A DNA stretch of 37,313 bases, from the IMG/VR virus record IMGVR_UViG_3300028549_002563; one strand, written 5' to 3'. Positions 8,916-16,988 of the stretch are shown here, in pieces. The notes below the pieces were generated by a model. The model saw nothing but the letters and a program-made list of their open reading frames with translations, did not search any database and was not told the origin of the DNA. Origin of the DNA: a virus. Positions within the stretch are counted from its first letter, which is position 1; every line of letters starts with the position of its first letter. A program made the position numbers and the translations under genes.

Positions 8916-10583
8916 ATGGAAAAAAATGCACAAAAACAATCAAGAATAGCTTCTACATTATTAGCTAACAAGGTTGAAAATGAAATTAAAAAAACAATAG
9001 GTGTAGAAAACGATATTATGTTTGATAGTATTGATGTTGCTGATGAAAACCCTTCTTTAATGTCTATGGCTGAATTAGCTGAAATAGCTGAGGAATTAAA
9101 AAGTGTAAAAAGTATTACAGAAATAAGAGGTTCATTAACTTCTCCAAATGAAGATTTTAAACCTACTTATGATGAATTAATTAAAACTGGAAGAATTGGA
9201 GAAAGTCTTTATATGTATTTTGATTATAACAGAGAAAAATATATATTGTTAGATAAAGAAAGCGGAGATAGAAAAGTTTTAAATACTGCTTCTGCAGGTC
9301 ATAAATTATTTGAAGTTTTTGTTAAATACGGTATAGAATTAAAAAATCCACAATCTGATTTAAAATATGTTAAAAAAGTTATAGTTGATTTTGATTTAAA
9401 AAGACCTGAATTCTGGACTACAAGTATGGGAGATTTCTTAAATGAATTTCAAGAACAAAAAACAAAATTAGGTGTTATTTCTGATTTAAGAAAAGAAGAA
9501 ACAGAAAGATATAAAAATTTAGCTTTTTTAAAAAATAACTGTAAAGCTATTTATTCTTTACTTTATAATTTACATGAGAATAATGATGATGCGGTAAAAC
9601 ACTTCATTAATTATTTAAGCACATTTGTAAATGAAAGAGAAAAAATACCTACTGCTTTTATGTATGCAGGTATTGAAGGTGCAGGTAAAGGTATATTAGT
9701 GTCAGTTGTTTTGTCTTATATCCTTGGAGATGAATATACAACAAGTCAAATGGCATCATCTCTTAAAAAAGATTTCAACGGTTCATTAGAAAATAAATTA
9801 TTAGTTAATTTTAATGAAGTTTCATCTGATTTTTCAAAAACAGATTCTGCTACACAAAATTTAAAAAGTTTAATAACTGATAATACATTTTCGTTAAATG
9901 TTAAAAATCAAAAAGAATTTGACGCTAAAAATAATTTTATTGTTATATTAAGTCAAAATATTAAAACAGGCGTTAAAATATCTTTAACAGATAGAAGATT
10001 TAATTATTTCGTTCAAGAAAGAACATTAAAAGATGTTGCTGAAAAAGATTTTAAAAAATCTATTAAAGTATTCATTGAAGAAGATATTAAATCTGAATTA
10101 GATAACTTTGTAAGATTTATTGCTTTATTTGATTATGATAAATATATAGCACAAGATTTATTCGAAACAGAAAGTAAAAGAAGAGCACAGGTTGCTACAA
10201 GTTCATCATTTGATGTTTTAATTAAACAATTAAAAGAAAGAGATTTAATGGCTATTGTAAGTGATGTAGAAGATATAGTTAATGCTTATAATGAAAGTGA
10301 TGATAAAAAGAAATATACAGATAACTATTATTCTTGTATTAGACTTTATAAATCAGCTTTAAAAGATTTAGAAGATGAATTAGAAAAAGATTGTATTAGC
10401 AATAAAACTTTAACTTGTATTTATAGTATTTTAGTAGAAGATGCTTCAACTAAAACAGATAGATTACTTAATAAAATATTTGAAAGTCATTTTGGAAAAT
10501 CAATTGTTAAAACTATTAATGGAGAAACAAAAAGAGTTAGAAGTTTAAAATCTTCTTTTGATGAAAAAGAAGTATGTTTTTAA
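8916..10583 (+). CDS. SF3 helicase / D5-P4-family primase-helicase-like replication protein
   Basis: Walker A GIEGAGKGIL and Walker B-like LLVNFNEV, in a size and context typical of the phage/plasmid primase P4-family C-terminal domain. Start moved from 8832 (non-ATG) to the ATG at 8916, which follows GGAGA. Confidence 0.7.
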   Translation: MEKNAQKQSRIASTLLANKVENEIKKTIGVENDIMFDSIDVADENPSLMSMAELAEIAEELKSVKSITEIRGSLTSPNEDFKPTYDELIKTGRIGESLYMYFDYNREKYILLDKESGDRKVLNTASAGHKLFEVFVKYGIELKNPQSDLKYVKKVIVDFDLKRPEFWTTSMGDFLNEFQEQKTKLGVISDLRKEETERYKNLAFLKNNCKAIYSLLYNLHENNDDAVKHFINYLSTFVNEREKIPTAFMYAGIEGAGKGILVSVVLSYILGDEYTTSQMASSLKKDFNGSLENKLLVNFNEVSSDFSKTDSATQNLKSLITDNTFSLNVKNQKEFDAKNNFIVILSQNIKTGVKISLTDRRFNYFVQERTLKDVAEKDFKKSIKVFIEEDIKSELDNFVRFIALFDYDKYIAQDLFETESKRRAQVATSSSFDVLIKQLKERDLMAIVSDVEDIVNAYNESDDKKKYTDNYYSCIRLYKSALKDLEDELEKDCISNKTLTCIYSILVEDASTKTDRLLNKIFESHFGKSIVKTINGETKRVRSLKSSFDEKEVCF

Positions 10584-10645
10584 ATTAAATGTTATATATT
10601 TCTATAAAAAGTATATATAACATTAAAAATAAGAAGTTTTTTAAT

Positions 10646-10689
10646 TTCTTATTTCCATTTTTAACATATTTTTTTAAATATGATATAAA
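10646..10689 (+). promoter_or_regulatory. Candidate early promoter: 13-mer, TTAACA-N17-TATAAA with TG extension
   Basis: 13-mer at 10646-10658, whose upstream complement AATAAGAA forms a hairpin. TTAACA at 10661-10666, spacer 17, TGaTATAAA at 10681-10689. Confidence 0.6.
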
Positions 10690-10725
10690 CTTATAAAAAT
10701 AAATCGCATAGGGAGGAGAAAAACT

Positions 10726-11124
10726 ATGAAAAACTTATTAACTGTAAATAAAGAACTTGTTTTGCTTGAAAAAGCATTGTTATCTAATGTTATGTTTTTA
10801 GATGAAAATAATAAAGGAGGTTATTTCTATTATTTTAAAAAAAATATAAATACCTTTAATTTAGTATTTGATGTTTTAAATGCTAGAAAAGATGGATATT
10901 CTTTATTATCTTATAATGAAACATCTAATGAAATGATTATTATCGTCAATGGAGTATCAAAAGAACTTAAAATAACTGATTTTTTTGAATACTTTGTTTA
11001 TCCATCAATATCAATTAAAGAAGCTGATGAATTAAGAAGACATTTTATTAATATACAAATATCTTATGAAGATTTAATTAATAGAATGCGTTCTAAATAT
11101 CAAAAAGAATATGATGTTATATAA
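10726..11124 (+). CDS. Hypothetical early protein
   Basis: ORF track; SD GGGAGGAG upstream. Confidence 0.8.
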   Translation: MKNLLTVNKELVLLEKALLSNVMFLDENNKGGYFYYFKKNINTFNLVFDVLNARKDGYSLLSYNETSNEMIIIVNGVSKELKITDFFEYFVYPSISIKEADELRRHFINIQISYEDLINRMRSKYQKEYDVI

Positions 11125-11153
11125 GGGCTATAAATGCCCTTTAAGGCTTAAAT

Positions 11154-11173
11154 AAATACTTCAAGGAGTATTT
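11154..11173 (+). terminator. Hairpin AAATACT-tcaagg-AGTATTT followed by a T-rich run
   Basis: 7-bp stem read directly, 30 nt after the stop of the 10726 ORF. Confidence 0.4.
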
Positions 11174-11186
11174 GTTTAAGTTTTAA

Positions 11187-11195
11187 AAGTCGTCG
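11187..11195 (+). promoter_or_regulatory. AAGTCGTCG word (copy B) upstream of the small ORF plus tnpB
   Basis: Read directly. AAGTCGTCGCTTTAAAACTA differs from copy A (AAGTCGTCGCTTTAATACTA) at 1 position in 20. Confidence 0.5.
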
Positions 11196-11236
11196 CTTTA
11201 AAACTACTTAAAATAACAAAGACGGGAGATAACAAA

Positions 11237-11380
11237 ATGAAAAATGCGAACTTGAATACTGTTGCTTTAACAAAAGCTTTAAATAACCTAAACTCTCTAC
11301 TAGAAGATATATTTTTATCTAACTTAAATAAAGATACAGAATTGGCGTATAAAGCGTTTAAATGTATCAAAAACGCTTAA
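11237..11380 (+). CDS. Small hypothetical protein, 47 aa (MKNANLNTVALTKALNNLNSLLEDIFLSNLNKDTELAYKAFKCIKNA)
   Basis: Hand-translated and below the ORF-track cutoff. SD GGGAGA lies 7 nt upstream. Ends 19 nt before the tnpB-like start. Confidence 0.55.
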   Translation: MKNANLNTVALTKALNNLNSLLEDIFLSNLNKDTELAYKAFKCIKNA

Positions 11381-11399
11381 TTAATAAAAGGTGATAGAT

Positions 11400-12776
11400 A
11401 TGTATTACTTTAAACAAAACCTTAAAGAAAAGGATTTAAAAGATAAAAAGGAGATATTATCTCCTCTTTTTGAAACTGCTAGAAAATTTTATAATGAATT
11501 AGTTTATAATGCTAAAAATAAAGAAGATAAATTTACTTATTCTTTAAATGATAAAACTATTTCAAATTCAATACACGCTAAGAAACTAGGAAGTTTTTTA
11601 GTTAAAACTATTACTTATAACTTCAATATCAACACTTCAAATTATTTAAAAAATCAATCAAAAGATGCTTCTTATTCAAAACCCAGTTTTAGAAATAAAG
11701 ATAGTGAATTTTTTATTAGTTTTTATGGAAATAATATAAGTGTTAAAAATGATTATATTAATTTAAAATTAAATACTAAAACTATAAGTTTTAAAATTCC
11801 TAAAAATTTCTTTTTAAAACATAAAGAAATAAAACAATTAAGATTACACATATCTAAATACGGTTATTATTTAGTTTATCATTATGAAAACGCAATAAAC
11901 ACATCTAATACGCTTAAATATAAAGCAGGTATAGATTTAGGCGTTGATACATTAATAGCGTGTTATTCAGAAGATATAGCTCCGTTAATTATTTCTGGAA
12001 AATATATTAAATATTTAAATTATAAGTTTTCTTTAAAAATAGAAAATGCTTCTAATGAAGAAGATGTTTTAAGAATAAAAAAAGAACGTGATTTTAAAAT
12101 AAAAGCATCTATAACATTTGCTGTTAAGAGATTATTTGATTATTTAAACTATGCTAATGTAAAAGAAATTTATCTTGGAGATTTTAACGGTATAAAAGAA
12201 AAAGTTGTAGCTAGAAACTTTTATTTTATACCGCATCATTTTTTAAGAAGAAAAATTAAAGATTACTGTCAAAAGTTTAATATTAAATTTAATCTTCAAG
12301 AAGAAAGTTATACATCTAAAACTTCTTTTTATGATTTAGAAAAACCTGTTAAACAAAATTTTTCAGGAGAACGTATAGAACGTGGATTATTTAGAACAAA
12401 AGATGGATTATTGATACATGCAGATATTAACGGTTCAGCTCAAATATTATCTAAAAAACATTTAGTTATTAATAGAGATAATATATTGTTAAAACCTTTT
12501 TTTATTGATTTAGTTAAAGAAGAAATAAAAGTTAAAAGTAAAATCAAGTGTTTTTTTAGTAAAGAATATAAAAAAGAAAAAACAATAGAAGAAAAATTTA
12601 AACAACATAAGAAAGACCCTTTAAATTTTTATTTTGAAAAATATGCTTCTTTTAATGCTTATAATAACGCAGGAACTAAAATGTTTTATTTTTATGATAA
12701 AAAAGATAAAACTATAAAATCTAACATAAAAAACAATGAACAACTTGTAAATAAGTTTTTCAATAAACTTATTTGA
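11400..12776 (+). CDS. tnpB: TnpB-like RuvC-fold protein (IS200/IS605 accessory / IS1341-like clade), stand-alone
   Basis: RuvC-I is AGIDLGVDTL (Asp at nt 11934-11936). GDFNGIK stands where the canonical EDL glutamate would be. An alternative Glu lies in QEESYTSK. RuvC-III is HADINGSAQIL. The GERIERGLF segment replaces the CxxC zinc-finger pairs. ATG at 11400 follows AAGGTGA; the track start at 11391 is GTG. Confidence 0.8.
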   Translation: MYYFKQNLKEKDLKDKKEILSPLFETARKFYNELVYNAKNKEDKFTYSLNDKTISNSIHAKKLGSFLVKTITYNFNINTSNYLKNQSKDASYSKPSFRNKDSEFFISFYGNNISVKNDYINLKLNTKTISFKIPKNFFLKHKEIKQLRLHISKYGYYLVYHYENAINTSNTLKYKAGIDLGVDTLIACYSEDIAPLIISGKYIKYLNYKFSLKIENASNEEDVLRIKKERDFKIKASITFAVKRLFDYLNYANVKEIYLGDFNGIKEKVVARNFYFIPHHFLRRKIKDYCQKFNIKFNLQEESYTSKTSFYDLEKPVKQNFSGERIERGLFRTKDGLLIHADINGSAQILSKKHLVINRDNILLKPFFIDLVKEEIKVKSKIKCFFSKEYKKEKTIEEKFKQHKKDPLNFYFEKYASFNAYNNAGTKMFYFYDKKDKTIKSNIKNNEQLVNKFFNKLI

Positions 12777-12796
12777 TAAAATTATATAATTAAATG

Positions 12797-12827
12797 CCTT
12801 AAAATAAGATTAGTTATTTTTTTAAGG
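12797..12827 (+). terminator. Hairpin CCTTAAAA-N15-TTTTAAGG followed by tattatttt
   Basis: 8-bp stem read directly, 20 nt after the tnpB stop. Confidence 0.4.
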
Positions 12828-12899
12828 TATTATTTTAACTGTAAACGATTAATAATATCGGTTTAGAGTGGCTCTCTTAAAAATGCCTTCCAACTTCAC

Positions 12900-12918
12900 G
12901 CCCTTTTAATTTAAGGGC
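12900..12918. terminator. GC-rich hairpin GCCCTT-ttaattt-AAGGGC between convergent genes
   Basis: 6-bp stem. Lies between the tnpB 3' region and the stop of the minus-strand ORF at 12924. Confidence 0.4.
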
Positions 12919-12923
12919 TCTTC

Positions 12924-13298
12924 TTATTGCTTTACTGTATCAAATATTAACTTTATAATACCTGCTAAAATAGATGCTAATAATATAAAATTTGTTTGTC
13001 TTAAACTTGTTCTTACAATATCCAATTCTTTTTCAACTGACTCTAATTTAACTTGATTTGCATGTTGTTCTAAACTACAAGAATTTAAAGCATCTAATTG
13101 ATTTTCAACTACTCTAAATTTCTCTGTATGTGTTATTTGTGTTTCTAATATTCTTGAAATAGATTTTAATTCTGATTTAACTTCACTTAAATCATTTTTA
13201 AGATAATTAAGATGTTCTGACATTTTATCAGAAGATCTATTTATTTCATTAACTGTTGTTTTTAACTTTTCTATTGCTTCTGCTGTTATGTTTTCCAT
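12924..13298 (-). CDS. Coiled-coil protein with C-terminal membrane anchor (XhlA-like?)
   Basis: Heptad-like charged N-terminal 100 aa, then FILLASILAGIIKLIF. Last gene of the late operon. The family call is tentative. Confidence 0.6.
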   Translation of the reverse strand: MENITAEAIEKLKTTVNEINRSSDKMSEHLNYLKNDLSEVKSELKSISRILETQITHTEKFRVVENQLDALNSCSLEQHANQVKLESVEKELDIVRTSLRQTNFILLASILAGIIKLIFDTVKQ

Positions 13299-13375
13299 TT
13301 TAAATTCACCTTTATAATTTTTGTTATTTTAATTTAAAAAAATGAATTTTAAAAATGTAAATTTTACTTTATTTA

Positions 13376-14017
13376 TTATGCAGGATCTTCAATATTAATT
13401 AATTCTAAATCATAAAGTGAATTATTTACTAAAACTTTTGAAGTATTTTTTAAAGTTATCTCAATTCTATCTGTAAAAACATCAACTCGATGAGGAGTTG
13501 CTTTATCAAGAGGTTTTTTACCTATTGCATTAATATTAAATTGATATAAACTCAAATCTTGTGTTGTATAAATTATAATTTTTGAATCAGTAGCATTAAC
13601 ACTAGAAAAATGACTTGATTTAAATTTTATTCCATTTTCAACAGTATATTTTAAAAATGCTCTTGCATAACTTGACTCTTCATTTGTATAATTATTACTT
13701 ATTTCTAATAAATACTGACTTTCATAAAAAGTTAAATCAAAAGCACCTGGAGGTGATATTGAATAATGTTTTATAAAATAATTTGTTGTTGTTATATTAA
13801 AATATGTTTCACGAGGAATACTTCCAAAATATTCACCTGAAGCTCCTATTTGATATGTATTTTTAACATAATGAAATATAACTCCACCTCTTCTTGTGTT
13901 GCTTATAAAATTAAACTGTGCTGTAAAAGCATTGTCATCTGTATAACTTAAAAGATTTTTACTTAAAACAATTGCTTGATTTTTTCTAAACATTCTATAA
14001 AATATTTTATAATTCAT
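13376..14017 (-). CDS. Hypothetical tail-fibre-module protein
   Basis: ORF track; position distal to the adhesin gene. Confidence 0.6.
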   Translation of the reverse strand: MNYKIFYRMFRKNQAIVLSKNLLSYTDDNAFTAQFNFISNTRRGGVIFHYVKNTYQIGASGEYFGSIPRETYFNITTTNYFIKHYSISPPGAFDLTFYESQYLLEISNNYTNEESSYARAFLKYTVENGIKFKSSHFSSVNATDSKIIIYTTQDLSLYQFNINAIGKKPLDKATPHRVDVFTDRIEITLKNTSKVLVNNSLYDLELINIEDPA

Positions 14018-14030
14018 TTTCTACCTCTTT

Positions 14031-15275
14031 TTATTGAACTTCAACATATTCAAAAAATAATATATTTGCTACTTTTTCTGATGAACCTGAATATAAATAC
14101 ATTAATTTAGTTTTATCTTCTGAATAAGATATTCCATTTATATTATAAGATGTTGTTGTATAATAATAAGTATCTATCATTAGTATATAATCTTCCCAAG
14201 TTTTCCCGTTAGTTAAAGTTAATTCCATTTCATAAGTAGATGTATTTTTAAAAAAAGAGATAAAATTAGTTCCTGCGAAAACACTTGTTGAAGCTGTATA
14301 TTGAATAATAGCTAAAACTAAATCAAGTTTATATGTTTTCTCTTGTATTGATAAACTTACAGTTCCTATACTTTCTCTATTTAAACTATCAACTATTTTA
14401 TATGTAAAACTATCATTTCCAATAAAATCTGTTTCAGGATTAAAAGAAAAAGTTCCATCTAAATTTAGATTTAATTCTCCTGTTAAAGTATTATCTACTA
14501 AATAAAAATTAGAAGGAGTTTCTCCTATTTCGCAATAATTATTTAAATCATCTTCCTTTAATTCATTTTTATTAACCTTTAAATTAAAAGAAACAGCATC
14601 TATTATATTTGCAATTATCAAATTCACATTACCTATATCTTCATTATTTAAACTATCAGTTATTTTATATGTAAAACTACCCTGTCCTGTAAAGTCAAAA
14701 TTAGGAACGTATTCAAAAAATCCATCGCTATAAATATTTAAATCTCCATTCGATAAATCATCTACTAAACTAAAAACAGATGGCTGAACTCCTAATGCTG
14801 AATTTGAATATAAATCTGATGCAAAAAATCCATTTTTATCAACAATAAATTCATAATCAGATGCCAAAACGTTTCCTATAATATTAAAACTTACTGTTCC
14901 TACGTCTTGTTTTAATTGACTATCTGTTATGCTATATTCAAAACTATCAGTTCCGAAATAATCAATAGTAGGTGTATAAGTAAATGTTCCATCTGTATTT
15001 AAAATTAATAATCCATGCGAAACATCTGATATTAAATTAAAAACTGACGGCTCATTTCCTAATATTGAATTAACCTTTAAATCTCCTTCTTTAATTGAAT
15101 TTGAATTTAAATTAACAATATAATCAGCAGCTACTACATCAATAGAAGGTATAGGAGTTTCAGAAGATGATGTTGTAAATTTAATTATTTTATTTTTTAA
15201 GCGTGCTAATTTTTCTTTAAAAGTTAAACCGCCCTGTAAAACAATTAAATCTTTGTTTTCGAATTCATATCTCAT
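14031..15275 (-). CDS. Adhesin / tail fibre with three tandem cadherin-like (Ig-like) repeats
   Basis: Three ~88-aa repeats share G.L.(I/L)N.DG.F.Y.P..D(Y/F).G.DSF.Y.I.DS......G.V.L.I. This is the remembered signature of bacterial cadherin-like / tandem Ig repeats. Confidence 0.7.
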   Translation of the reverse strand: MRYEFENKDLIVLQGGLTFKEKLARLKNKIIKFTTSSSETPIPSIDVVAADYIVNLNSNSIKEGDLKVNSILGNEPSVFNLISDVSHGLLILNTDGTFTYTPTIDYFGTDSFEYSITDSQLKQDVGTVSFNIIGNVLASDYEFIVDKNGFFASDLYSNSALGVQPSVFSLVDDLSNGDLNIYSDGFFEYVPNFDFTGQGSFTYKITDSLNNEDIGNVNLIIANIIDAVSFNLKVNKNELKEDDLNNYCEIGETPSNFYLVDNTLTGELNLNLDGTFSFNPETDFIGNDSFTYKIVDSLNRESIGTVSLSIQEKTYKLDLVLAIIQYTASTSVFAGTNFISFFKNTSTYEMELTLTNGKTWEDYILMIDTYYYTTTSYNINGISYSEDKTKLMYLYSGSSEKVANILFFEYVEVQ

Positions 15276-15646
15276 TTTTTAAACCTCTTTAAGCATTTTG
15301 GAATATCTGTAATTATAACATTTCTTAAATTCTTTCTAAATTCTATAACTTCATTTAATTCATCAGAAGATAAATTTAAAGGATTATCTAATAACATAAT
15401 AAAATCTGTCATTTTTAAATAATCTAAACATTTAACTTTATTACGTTCATATTCTCTTTTATCACTATCTTCTTTATCTAATATAACTTCTCCATTAATA
15501 TAACGATATGTTAAATTAGGATTAATATCTACTTCTGTTAAAATATATCCTTCTTCTTTTTTAGCTTCATAAAAATCATTTAAATCTATTCCAGGAGCTA
15601 ATTTAACTAAAAGAACCTTATTGTCTTCTAACTTTGCTAAATTCAT
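15272..15646 (-). CDS. Hypothetical protein (possible fibre assembly factor)
   Basis: ORF track; 4-nt overlap with the downstream adhesin gene. Confidence 0.55.
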   Translation of the reverse strand: MNLAKLEDNKVLLVKLAPGIDLNDFYEAKKEEGYILTEVDINPNLTYRYINGEVILDKEDSDKREYERNKVKCLDYLKMTDFIMLLDNPLNLSSDELNEVIEFRKNLRNVIITDIPKCLKRFKK

Positions 15647-15699
15647 TTTAAACCCTCTTTTTGATTGTTATATTAGCAAATATAACAATTAATTTCAAG

Positions 15700-16320
15700 T
15701 TAATGTAAAACGTCAGATGTTGAATAAAATATAGCTGATATATATAAATCATTTGTGTCAGTAGAAAAATCTAATATAGAAGTTTGATCTATATTAGTAG
15801 TTTTAACTTTAATTCTTGTATAAGTTGAAACACTATTAACTTCTAACGAATAATTATAATCATAAATACTTTCAACAATTCCAGGAACGCAAATAACAGG
15901 AAGTCCAGGATTAGTTATAAAATTAATAGTAAAATCCATATTCCCATTGTCTACGATAGAAGCAATGTTATAACTTTTTAAAATAGTTCCATCTGTTTTA
16001 AATAAAATATAAGCTTTTATTTTAGAACTATTTTGCGTATAAGGAAGTTTAAATATAAGCCAGTTATCTCTGTAAATTATTGGAGATTTGTTTATATTAT
16101 CTTTAACAGCAATATATATTATATTTCCTAAACTTACTATATCTCCAACCTTATAATCTCCTGCCATAACCCATTTTTTTGCAGGTGTTTGCGTTCCTTC
16201 TGCCAATATTCCAAGAACTGATTTTATTCCATTTACTTTTTGTTCTTTTGTATATCTTAAAAGTAGTGTTAATAAATCAACGTTTTCACATACGCTTTTA
16301 TCACAAGTATATTCTGTCAT
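15700..16320 (-). CDS. Receptor-binding / tail-fibre paralog 3 with CBM5/12-like motif
   Basis: KKWVMAGDYKVGDIVSLGNIIYIAVKDNINKSPIIYRDNWLIF aligns with equivalent segments of the two upstream ORFs. Confidence 0.6.
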   Translation of the reverse strand: MTEYTCDKSVCENVDLLTLLLRYTKEQKVNGIKSVLGILAEGTQTPAKKWVMAGDYKVGDIVSLGNIIYIAVKDNINKSPIIYRDNWLIFKLPYTQNSSKIKAYILFKTDGTILKSYNIASIVDNGNMDFTINFITNPGLPVICVPGIVESIYDYNYSLEVNSVSTYTRIKVKTTNIDQTSILDFSTDTNDLYISAIFYSTSDVLH

Positions 16321-16330
16321 TTTTTACCTC

Positions 16331-16984
16331 TTATTGTAGTGGAATTAAAGTTATATTAAATTGCATCGCATATCTATTATGAGGAATTTTTATAACTAAA
16401 TAATTTGCTGTTTTTTGAATTATATTCGCTATGTTATAAACAGGGAATAAAAATGTAGAAAATGGGACAGCATAATTTCTTTTATTATCACTTAACATAA
16501 CTAAATAATTATTGTCATAGATACCTGCACCGCTTCCATCGAATGTTAATTTAAAAACTCCATCGCCCAAGTGCTCTAATGTTTGAAAATTCTTTGATGT
16601 ATCTATTGCATACAAATTCCAGTCATAAACCGATGCACTTCCAGTTCTTACAATACGAGCAAATGCTGATGCATAATAACGTCCTGTTGTTAAATTCTTA
16701 ACATCTATTTTCTGCCAAAATGTAGGAGAAATATCAGGAAAATTTGCTAAATTAGCATTTTGTAAGCTTACAAATATTTCATTTTCAAAAGATACTAATA
16801 TATCTTGAGAATAAGTAAAATTTTCATCAAATAAACGGCCTGCATTTGTGTCATATTGTTCTTTTATATCAGATAAGTTTTCTAATGTATCACTTGAAGC
16901 ATTTTTTAATTGATATAATATTTCATTAAATCTACTTTGTATTCTACATGAACCTTCTACTAATTCGTTATCTGTCATTGCCAT
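16331..16984 (-). CDS. Receptor-binding / tail-fibre paralog 2
   Basis: QDILVSFENEIFVSLQNANLANFPDISPTFWQKI aligns with the paralogs. Similar length (217 aa). Confidence 0.6.
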   Translation of the reverse strand: MAMTDNELVEGSCRIQSRFNEILYQLKNASSDTLENLSDIKEQYDTNAGRLFDENFTYSQDILVSFENEIFVSLQNANLANFPDISPTFWQKIDVKNLTTGRYYASAFARIVRTGSASVYDWNLYAIDTSKNFQTLEHLGDGVFKLTFDGSGAGIYDNNYLVMLSDNKRNYAVPFSTFLFPVYNIANIIQKTANYLVIKIPHNRYAMQFNITLIPLQ

Positions 16985-16988
16985 TTTA

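Noticed and set aside
11176-11370. 64-aa minus-strand ORF upstream of tnpB
   Set aside because: The plus strand here carries a 47-aa ORF with a good SD in the same orientation as all its neighbours. The minus ORF has no SD and would face into the terminator of the 10726 gene.
12919-12935. TTCTTATT right after the tnpB-distal hairpin as a possible guide matching the early-promoter 13-mer (a TldR-like idea)
   Set aside because: Only 8 nt match, which is expected by chance in this composition. The bases belong to the 3' end of the minus-strand ORF 12924-13298. The hypothesis is attractive but the sequence does not support it.
14343-15137. Diversity-generating retroelement acting on the repeat-containing adhesin or fibre paralogs
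   Set aside because: There is no reverse transcriptase ORF and no template/variable repeat pair with adenine-specific differences.
16179-16382. 67-aa plus-strand ORF in the tail-fibre cluster
   Set aside because: Antisense shadow spanning a gene junction.
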